Positions 54,900-64,000 of a stretch of 64,000 bases of DNA are shown one piece after another. Position 1 is the stretch's first letter. Each line of letters opens with the position of its first letter. Under the pieces are notes generated by a model that worked only from the letters and a program-made list of their open reading frames with translations, was not told the origin of the DNA and made no database searches. The DNA is from Macrostomum lignano. Taxonomy: Eukaryota. The stretch spans positions 62,001-126,000 of the forward strand of contig NIVC01001347.1 in the NCBI GenBank assembly GCA_002269645.1. The letters are read 5' to 3'. The position numbers and the translations under genes were made by a program.

Positions 54900-57270
54900 A
54901 AAATGTGACAACCGCGACGTTTCCAGGATCACTTCTGACCTTAAGGTTGTAGATTTCACGGTCGATGGTTAATAATATCCTGTGACCGTGCTTTGTGACT
55001 GTTAAATTTGACCAACAAAGTAGCTCGTATTCGTGCACTTTAGAATATGAAGTTTCAAGCTTGACTTTGATCAAGTCAAACTCATTTATTTGCTTATTAA
55101 CACCGAAAAGGAAAGACTCGTTAATTTTGGATCCGTGAAAAGCTAGTTGACTTTTCACCTGAGATAGTATTTTGTGATGTTCAGCGAGAGTTGGCGTGCC
55201 GACAATGTCATCCTGGTACAAGGTAACACTTGGAATATCTCGCAGCAGTTTGTTCATCACTTCCTGGAAAATCAGAGGGGCAGCGGAAATGCCATGCTGC
55301 ATGTTTCGGAACGCGAAATGCATAGATAAAGTATACATAGATTCCACCCCTGCCCCCGCGGAGTGTCTAAATTGTGACCATCACTTTATTCACTGCGCTC
55401 CTATTGGCTGGGCCACGCTATGCACATTGAGTCCACGTGTGTACATTCCCCCAACTCCGGAACACTTGCGTGTCGACTTCATTCTTGCTAAACTGTTGAA
55501 ACTGGTAAGACATCCTTTCGTTCCGCGCATTAAAGTTATAAAGCTTTCTTGTGTGGAAGGGGTGAGGGAATGAAATCGAAGGGGTTGAAAGGAAGGCTTT
55601 CGCGCCAGCCAATGAGAGCACGGTGAGTTTTATGGTGGTCAAAGTTTGGACACGAGCGTGTGTACATTCTGGGCAGGGGTGGAATCCATGTATACTTTAT
55701 CAATGGCGAAATGTCCTATGCGAGTTAAGATGCACGTTTGTCGCTGGCTCTCTTCTGACAACGCGATCTGTAAGTAGGCGTCTTTGAGATCAATCACGGG
55801 GTAGAAGTTCGAATCCGAGATATACTGCAGTGTTTCCTTCAACTTAGGCAGCTTGTAGCGGTCAGCATCGAAGATCTTATTTAGCGTTACGGAGTAATCA
55901 CCACAGATTCGACCAGGTCGAGCATTCGACCTTCCGACATTCTGGCTTAAGCACCGGAACGATCGAACAGGAGACGACGGTTTTGGCACCGGGTAAATGA
56001 TTCCGGCTGCGATGAGTTTCTTAAGCTCCGTTTCAACTATGGAATTCATGGAAAAAAGTAGTGACCTGGCTGGATAGCACATGCTTTTCAAAGAAACATC
56101 TGGTTTGAGACGGAAGATGGCAATGAACCTTTTAGTGAAAGTTAACTATAGCGACGGTATAAGCTGAAGAGGTCTGATGTAGTTCATTCCAAGTATGCTT
56201 AGAGTGTTAGGTTTGCCAACGAATATTTCACCAATCGCACTTCTGCTGTCATCGTCTTTCACCTCTCTACGTCTTTTATTACACTGAGCACAGAGGCCTG
56301 TATACCTCCATGCACAGGGACTTTTCTAGCGGATGAATGAATCTCCAAATCGGTTTTTAGAGCCAGATATCCAGGCAAGGCAGTGATCTGACTGCCTGAG
56401 TTCACGAAAATTCTACTCGTGAGTTTCCTACGTGGAAGTTCTTAATTAAACTATAGAGCCGTGGCGTTTTGAACGGACAATATGGAGCTAGTAGTTGAGG
56501 TGTAAAATCTGTGGTCTGTATTCTGTCGGTTGTAATTTAAGCACAGCGCACTGACGGAATCGAAGTACGGCATGCTGAAGCAATGTGGCTCTGTTTGCCA
56601 CACTGCTTGCACGTCGCTTGGCGAAACTTGCATGAGGATCGCAGATGTCCGGGTTTACCGCAAGAATAGCCTTGTTTATGTGGATTGAATTTGAACAGTG
56701 GCTTAGTAGAGGAAGCGGTCACCTTTGGACCTTGGACTTGCACTGGTTTGGTACTGTTCTGCTTCCTATGATGCGGAATTCGGACGGCGGCAATAGTGCG
56801 GGAAGATATGAGTACTGTTTCGGAGAGTAGTGCGTCACGAACGGCGTCTTCAAGTGTGAGCTAGTCCTTTTTTAGCAATTTCTGCCGTAATGCTTGATCC
56901 GCAAGTTCGAAGATGAATTGCGACAGAATAAAACTAAGAGTCTCCACAAGTAAAAATGGCTGCAGAGCCGCAGGTAGCCAGGAACGCGGCCTTCGCGTCC
57001 TTATCGGTTCTCTTTGTAGCCGATAGGTAGCTGAACCTTTTGAAGTATTGATCGACGTCGGGATATGACATTGGCATGTCGCCGAGCTTGCATTCTAGTG
57101 AAGCCGCCATTTGAGAAGTCAGGATTGAGCTTTCAAATGGGGTCAGCACTTACATGCTGTTTTAATCATTGTCGTCGTGGTATAGGTTGGCTAAATGACC
57201 AACGAAGTATTTGTGCATTTTAGGAGATGGATTTATCAAGTCACGCTTATATATACTTGCATAACAATAA
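54900..57270 (-). mobile_element. Decayed Ty3/gypsy LTR retrotransposon (gag, protease and RT remnants; no integrase or paired LTRs seen)
   Basis: gag-like DQYFKRF..FLATCG; tandem zinc knuckles SCGKPGH..C / CKQCGKQSH...C; protease-like ILG; RT motifs RICGDYSVTLNK, IDLKDAYLQIAL, MQHGISAAPLIFQ, YQDDI; many stops and frameshifts. Confidence 0.85.
55321..55705. mobile_element. 385-bp P-superfamily-like MITE inserted in the gypsy RT
   Basis: 35-bp TIRs catagataaagtatacatagattccacccctgccc / gggcaggggtggaatccatgtatactttatcaatg; perfect 8-bp TSD gcgaaatg (55313-55320, 55706-55713). Removing it restores the RT frame G-H-F-A-F-R-N-M. Confidence 0.88.
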
Positions 57271-57277
57271 AAACGCC

Positions 57278-57540
57278 AACTTGAAGGTCGGGGGTTGGAT
57301 TTTCCCCAACTTGGAACAATTTGTGTCCTTGAGCAAGACACTTAATTTTGCATTACTTCAGTTCACCCAGCTGTAAAATGGGTACCTTCAATAGCTGGGG
57401 TAATTGAGGGTGTGTGGCGACCCCCCAGTCCTTGGATTGAAAAGCCGTACGCAGCCTTTAGATGCGCCGCGCAATAGCTGCGGCTGAGCTGTCGGTTGCA
57501 CATCTGCCCGCTAAGGCAGATGTAATCAATTACGCTCGTA

Positions 57541-57575
<35 letters not shown>
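57278..57575 (+). mobile_element. SINE family A, 5'-truncated
   Basis: tgtgtccttgagcaagacacttaa...cagctgtaaaatgggtacc, full 3' tail and long (att)n. Confidence 0.82.
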
Positions 57576-58894
57576 ACAACAAAAAGGAAATGCCTTACAA
57601 ATATATTACGAAGAATAGCGTGCAACTGAACGACGAGCTAACGCCCATAGGCATACAACTTAAAAGTCTATACACAACACCTGTGACCGTGCTTTGTAAC
57701 CCCTAACTTTTTCTCTTGAATCTTATATAGACCCAATTTATCAGCTCCGCCGCAAAGTTGAACACATCGACAGAGCATCACAGTTATATAGATCCTATAA
57801 TAATTTTTGCTACTTGGCACAAGCCACTTATCAAATTTGATTTTAAAAAACTGCTTCGTGCATTACTGATCCCATCAACGAGTACTGCCTCGCACCATGA
57901 AAGTATGAAATTGCTATTAAACTGCAGACCATGCTGTTAAAATTGCTTAAAGGTATTGCCAAATTTTGAGCTTTTTAAGAATGCCGATATGTACTGAAAA
58001 TTGTTTAGTGAGCCGTAAAATGCTGAGCACATTTTTAGATTATTGGAGGATTGGAAGATTATTGGAAAGGAGAACAGAAGATGCTGAGGGAACTGCAGAT
58101 TGTCAAAGGGATCATTCATGCAGACTGCAAAGGGAAAAATGGAACAAACTGCTGATTTAGTTCCTCCACACTTATGAGTGCATAGCAGCAAACTGTTGAG
58201 GGGATAACTATCTACAGAGTTTAAAGTGGATAATAGCTGTGAAGAATTAAGTGCAAGTTGTTGAGTGGATAACTGCGGACTGCTGAGTGAAGTATTGTAG
58301 TTTGCTGATGTTAATGAAAGTTGTAGACGGCACAGTGGATATCTGCAGGCTGCTAAGAGTATGACTGCAGTCTGTTTGTGGGATTAGAAGTGATAGCTAA
58401 TTTCAGGATGTTGTGGAGACAACTGCCGATTTCTGGGGGGGGGTTAACTTCAAACTGCCGAAGTTACTAAACTTCTTGAATTTAGTTTGAATCTTGAATC
58501 TTGAATTAGAAGTTTTAGTAACTGCCGAAGTTACTAAACTTCTTGAATAGTATAAGGCTTTTAACAGAAGGTCGGCAGTTCGAGTCTGTAATGAAGCAGC
58601 GAATTTATCTTTGTGACAATAATCATTGTTTCCTATGAGGATTCATGCAAATTTTTAGCATTTTCATTTTGTAGATACTTTTGCTGGGGCTACGCTAAGC
58701 TTTAAGAGCAGCGCTAATCGGGGAGAGCAGTGCTAATCTGATGTATAAAATAAAATAATAAATATGTAAGAGGATTACATATCAACTTTAACCTGCAAGT
58801 TGACAAAGCATTTCATATGGTTTCGATTATCCAGAAGCAATATGGCAATAAGCAAAGATTAGTGGCCATCTGCTCACTGATTGTGCAAAACAGT

Positions 58895-59432
58895 GCTGGT
58901 GAATCATTGCTAAACTGCTGGTGAAGCATTTTTAAACTGCTAATGAAGCAGTGCTAAACTGCTGGTGAACCATTGCTAAACTGCTGGTGAAGCATTGTTA
59001 AACTACTGGTGAAGCATTGCTGAAATGCTGGTGAACCATAGCTAATGCAAACTGCTGGTGAAGCATTGCTAAACTGCTGGTGAACCATTGCTGAAATGCT
59101 GGTAAATCATTGCTGAAATGCTGGTGAACCATTGCTGAAATGCTGGTGAAGCATTGCTAAACTGCTGGTGAACCATTGCTGAAATTCTGGTGAACTATTG
59201 CTAAACTGCTGGTGAAGCATTGCTCAACTGCTGGTGAACCATTGCTGAAATGCTGGTGAACCATAGCTAATGCAAACTGCTGGTGAAGCATTGCTAAACT
59301 TCTGGTGAAGCATTGCTAAACTGTTGGTGAAGAATTGCTGAAATGCTGGTGAACCATTGCTAAACTTCTGGTGAAGAATTGCTGAAATGCTGGTGAACCA
59401 TTGCTGAAATTCTGGTGAACCATTGCTAAACT
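58895..59432. repeat. 22-bp minisatellite
   Basis: ctgctggtgaa(c/g)cattgct(a/g)aa. Confidence 0.93.
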
Positions 59433-59574
59433 GCGGAAAGCTATGGTAAAATATTGTATTTTTTTAATAAAAACTTTTAAAGAGAAGAAAACGCAACGCA
59501 AGAAAAAGCGAACAAGAATCATCATATCAATCATAAATGAAGCGCCCTGTCGAACGTAAAAGTCTCATCGGGAA

Positions 59575-60775
59575 TTGCTTAGACTGTTAAGACTGCTAAG
59601 ACTATTGCTACGAGCATAATGCTGGTATGGGAAATTGCTGTGATATCAAGACTCACGGTAGAATTTATAAGATCTCAAGGCTCAGGGGAATTGCTATAAC
59701 TATGTCATTCTGGGGAGAATTGCTTTGATTTCAAGGTTCATTTGTGAAATTGCAGAAATAAATTGTTGAAATGCAAGTGCCAAGATATCAAAAGGTCAGT
59801 CACTCAATTTTCAGGCTCATGGGGAAATTGCTAACATTTCCAAAGCTCATTGGGGAATTGCTGAAATTCTACTACAAGGGTTATGGTTTTGGTTCAATTA
59901 TAGAGCGATCGTCGTGACAATCATTAATGATCCATCGAGGAGTTGCTAAGATTAAATGCTCTTGGGGGGAAAACTTAAATGCTTTGGCTCTACTACGGGG
60001 AATTGCAGATAGGTCAAGGCTTTCGGTGAAATTCTGATTACAAAGCTTATTTATGAGGAAGTTACTTTAATGCTGAGGCTCAAGGCTTATGGTGGAAATT
60101 GCCAACACGCCAAGACTCACTTATGGGTTAGGGTGACCTTTAATTAAAGACTTGTTTAGATATAATCAAAGTTCGTTGTGGAATCGCTCTGTTGACAAAG
60201 GTCATAAAGAAATTGCTGAGTTATCAAGGCTTATAAGGGTATTGCTGAATTCTTGGGAAAAGGGAGTTGGGTTGTTGGTATGTCAAGGCTTACTGCGCTG
60301 GGAGAATTGCGTGATGTCAAGGCTCGAGTTTAATTGCTGTGATGTCGAGGCTTAATAGGATAACTGCTGAGATGTCAAGGCTTACTGGGGGAATTGCTGA
60401 GATGTCGAGGCTTACCGGGGGCAATTGCTGAGATCTCAGAGCTTATGGGGGGAATTTCTGAGATCTCAAGGCTTACTAAGGGAATTGCTGATATGTCAAG
60501 GCTTACTGGGGAAATGCTGAGATGTCAAGTCTTACTGGGAATTGCTAAGATTTCAATGCTTACTGGGGGAAAGCTGAGATTTCAAGGCTTACTGGGGGAA
60601 TTGCTGATATGTCAAGGCTTACTGGGGAAATGCTGAGATGTCAAGGCTTACTGGGGCAATTGCTGAGATTTCAAGGCTTACTGGGGGAATTGCTGATATG
60701 CCAAGGCTTACTGGGGGAATTGCTGAGATGTCAAGGCTTACAGGGGAATCGCTGATATGTCAAGGCTCATAGACG
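59575..60775. repeat. Degenerate about 30-bp minisatellite, best conserved at its 3' end
   Basis: ggggaattgctgagatgtcaaggcttact. Confidence 0.8.
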
Positions 60776-61229
60776 ATGGCTGAATTTTTGGGGGGGGGGG
60801 TTACTAGGTTATTGGGCGATTGTCAGATAGTCAGGTAGTACGGCTCAAGTAGCTCATGTAATTCAGATAATGAAAAAGTACACAGAAGTGATGCTGATTT
60901 CTGCTAATAGGAAATACCAGGCCGTCAGGGATTTGCATTTTGAGCTCCTGCTGCGGATCAGAATATGCCCGGCCAGTGACGATATTCACTAAGAGTTTGT
61001 GCTTGAACGGATAAGCACTATTTGCTGATTGAGAAAGGGTTTTGGGCTGATGAACGAAACTTTTTGGCTAATGAAAGTTCTGATTCATGACAACTTATTT
61101 TTCAAACGTGAGAAAAGGTAATTTTTGATTAATGGAAATCAACATTTTGGATAATTATAGTAAGGTTGCTGTTGTGCCAAAATAAAAACCAATTGGTGTC
61201 ATTTTCAAGGCTCCCCAGAGGGGGGCTAA

Positions 61230-61420
61230 ATGGCTAGTCCTATATACTAAAAATGAAATGTCTGTATATGGGTATGCGATAGATTTCAGACAAATTGGCT
61301 CAACCGATTTTCTTCAAACTTGCACCATTCGATCAGAAATTTTCCTGGGACGGTACATGCATCTTGGCTAAGAAATTGCTCAATGTTAAAGGGATTAAAT
61401 ATTCGAAAAACATGCTTTTT
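61230..61420 (+). mobile_element. Possible non-autonomous Helitron/Helentron-like end fragment
   Basis: gctagt followed by cctatatactaaaaatgaaatgtctgtat...aaccgattttcttcaaact resembles Helitron-type termini from memory only; not verified. Confidence 0.3.
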
Positions 61421-61844
61421 TGCAAAGGTCAAGCAGCTCTTTTGACCTGAAATGCATTGTAAGAATGCTAGAGAAAAAACTGACTGACTGAATTTCAATT
61501 CTGATAAAGATTGCATCACAACAAGTTGAAAACAGTACCGAAGAAATGCACACACGACTTGATTTAAATTGCGTAACCATATTGCTAACTTAAATTGAGA
61601 CTGATACTGGCTGACTGAGAAATTGATTATGTCATAACTTTTTACTCCAATTGACTTGCTGTAAGAATTGAATTATAAGGGCCACAATTCATGTTCTCCA
61701 ATTGAAAAGAGATAGCCCTGATGCAAACAGACTGGAATGCTAATGTAGCGACCTGGGTTCGAATCTTAGTAGTGCAAAATGATTTTTTTATTAAAACACC
61801 TTGAAAACACGAAACAGCTAAACTAAAAAGAAGCACAATGTCAA

Positions 61845-62850
61845 ACATACCAGTGGCACCATGTCGAACATTAAAGAGCCACCATGTCAAATATTAAAGA
61901 GCCACCATATCGAACATTAAAGAGCCACCATGTCAAACATTAAAGAGCCACAATGTCGAACATTAAAGAGCCACCATGAAGAACATTAAAGAGCCACCAT
62001 GTCAAACATAATAGAGCCACCATGTCAAACATTTAAGAGCCACCATGTCAAACATATATTTGACTATATGTCAAACATTAAAGAGCCACCATGTCGAACA
62101 TAAAAGAGCCACCATGTAGAATATTAAAGAGCTACCATTTCGAACATTAAAGAGCCACAATGTCAAAGATTAAAGAGCCACCATGTCAAACATTAAAAAG
62201 CCACCATGTCTAAAATTAAAAAGCCACAATGTCTTACATTAAAGAGCCACCATGTCAAACATTAAAGAGCCACAATGTCGAACATTAAAGAGCCACCATG
62301 AAGAACATTAAAGAGCCACCATGTCAAACATAATAGAGCCACCATGTCAAACATTTAAGAGCCACCATGTCAAACATATATGTGACTTTATGTCAAACAT
62401 TAAAGAGCCACCATGTCGAACATAAAAGAGCCACCATGTAGAATATTAAAGAGCTACCATTTCGAACATTAAAGAGCCACAATGTCAAAGATTAAAGAGC
62501 CACCATGTCAAACATTAAAAAGCCACCATGTCTAAAATTAAAAAGCCACAATGTCTTACATTAAAGAGCCACAATGTCGAACATTAAAGAGCCACCATGT
62601 CTAACATTTAAGAGCCACTATGTCAAACATATATGTGACTTTATGTCAAACATTAAAGAGCCACCATTTCGAACCTTGAAGAGCCATCATATCGAACATA
62701 AAAGAGCCACAATGTAGAATATTAAAGAGCCACCATTTCAAACCTAAAAGAGCCACTATGTCTAACATAAAAGAGCCACCATGGCAAACATAGAAGAGCC
62801 ACCATGTCAAACATTAAAAAGCCACCATGTCAAACATTAAAGATATACAA
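61845..62850. repeat. 22-bp minisatellite
   Basis: aacattaaagagccaccatgtc(a/g). Confidence 0.94.
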
Positions 62851-62944
62851 TTTCAAATGTAAAGGTATAAAGCGCCATGCCAATTTAAAGGAGTCACTAT
62901 AAAGCTAAGGAAATTGTTAAACTAGCTACAATACTTATTGTCTG

Positions 62945-63150
62945 GGGATGCTTGCTATCTGGGGATGCTTGCTATCTGGGGGATGCTTGCTATCTAGGGG
63001 ATGCTTGCTATCTGGGGATGCTTGCTATCTGGGGGATGCTTGCTATCTGAGGGATGCTTGCTATCTGAGGGATGCTTGCTATCTGGGGAATGCTTGCTAT
63101 TTGGGGGATGCTTGCTATCTGAAGGATGCTTGCTATCTGGGGGATGCTTG
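62945..63150. repeat. About 18-19-bp minisatellite
   Basis: ggggatgcttgctatctg. Confidence 0.93.
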
Positions 63151-63354
63151 CGGTCTTGGGATGATTTCTGTTTGCAATGCACTTCATTTGAGCAGTTTGT
63201 CTGTTGTCTTTGTGAAGGATTTTTTGGCTGTCTTTTTGTTACTTGTAGAGAACAGAGGTTCGAATCTAAGTAGAGCAAAATAATAATAACTAATAATAAT
63301 TTTTTTGTTAAAACACCATCAAAACACAAAATGCTAAACATAAAGGGCCACCAC

Positions 63355-64000
63355 GCCAAGCATATACGTGACTCCATGTCGAACATTAAAGAGCCACCAT
63401 GTCAAACATTAAAGAGCCACCATGTCTAACATTAAAGAGCCACAATGTCAAAAATTAAAGAGCCACCATGTCGAACATTAAAGAGCCACCATGTCAAACA
63501 TAATAGAGCCACCATGTCAAACATTAAAGAGCATTATGTCGAGCATATACGTGACTCCATGTCAAGCATTAAAGAGCCACCATGTCTAATATAAAAGAGC
63601 CACCATGTCGAACATAAATAAGCCACTATATCGAACATTAAAGAGACACCATTTCAAACATTAAGGAGCCACCATTTGAAACATAAGAGAGCCACCATGT
63701 CAAACATAAAAGAGCCACTATGTAAAACATATATGTGACTCTATATCAAACATATACGTGACTTCATGTCGAACATTAAAGAGCCATCATCCCGAACATT
63801 AGAGAGCCACCATGTCGAACATTAAAGAGCCACAATGTCAAAAATTAAAGAGCCACCATGTCAAACATAATAGAGCCACCATGTCTAACATTAAAGAGCA
63901 CCATGTCGAGCATATACGTGACTCCATGTCAAACATTAAAGAGCCACCATGTCTAATATAAAAGAGCCACCATGTCGAACATAAATGAGCCACTATATCG
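63355..64000. repeat. 22-bp minisatellite (same family as 61845-62850), runs off the window
   Basis: aacattaaagagccaccatgtc. Confidence 0.94.

Noticed and set aside
57150-57270. 5' LTR of the gypsy element (minus strand begins TGTTATG)
   Set aside because: No second copy, PBS or TSD could be confirmed, so it is not annotated separately.
60917-60990. Possible small minus-strand exon (NIVTGRAYSDPQQELKMQIPDGL) of the lipase
   Set aside because: Has ag/gt borders but no resemblance to the expected DAGL region before DALTDL; unsupported.

Overview
Eukaryotic (animal) genomic DNA with GT-AG introns and no prokaryotic features. The extreme minisatellite load and gene style resemble what is reported for Macrostomum-type flatworms; this is an inference and the species cannot be fixed from the window. 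Five host genes are supported by splice-site and phase reconstruction done by eye. Two are tandem, intron-position-identical soluble guanylate cyclase beta-like genes (+; 1625-15668 and 17252-26063): H-NOX with His105, PAS/H-NOBA, coiled coil, complete GC catalytic site and a C-terminal CaaX box. The others are a convergent 13-exon TRPM channel (-; 40382-28382), ERGIC3 (-; 50352-47239, with an apparent 1-nt frameshift) and the 3' three exons of a diacylglycerol-lipase-like class-3 lipase (-; 54659-52402). Mobile DNA comprises a decayed intron-containing THAP/P-element transposon with an unusual mirrored flank, a decayed Ty3/gypsy element carrying a P-like MITE with a perfect 8-bp TSD, a 5'-truncated LINE with a 12-bp TSD, a hAT MITE inside a SINE, several CORE-like tRNA-SINEs and ~100-bp hairpin elements. 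Nearly every intron carries its own private minisatellite, and most long ORFs in the ORF track are read-throughs of these repeats. I found no convincing wholly new multi-gene system. The best leads are the patchwork homogenisation and divergent haem pockets of the sGC pair, the rearranged P-element ends, and repeats built from splice sites or regulatory motifs.
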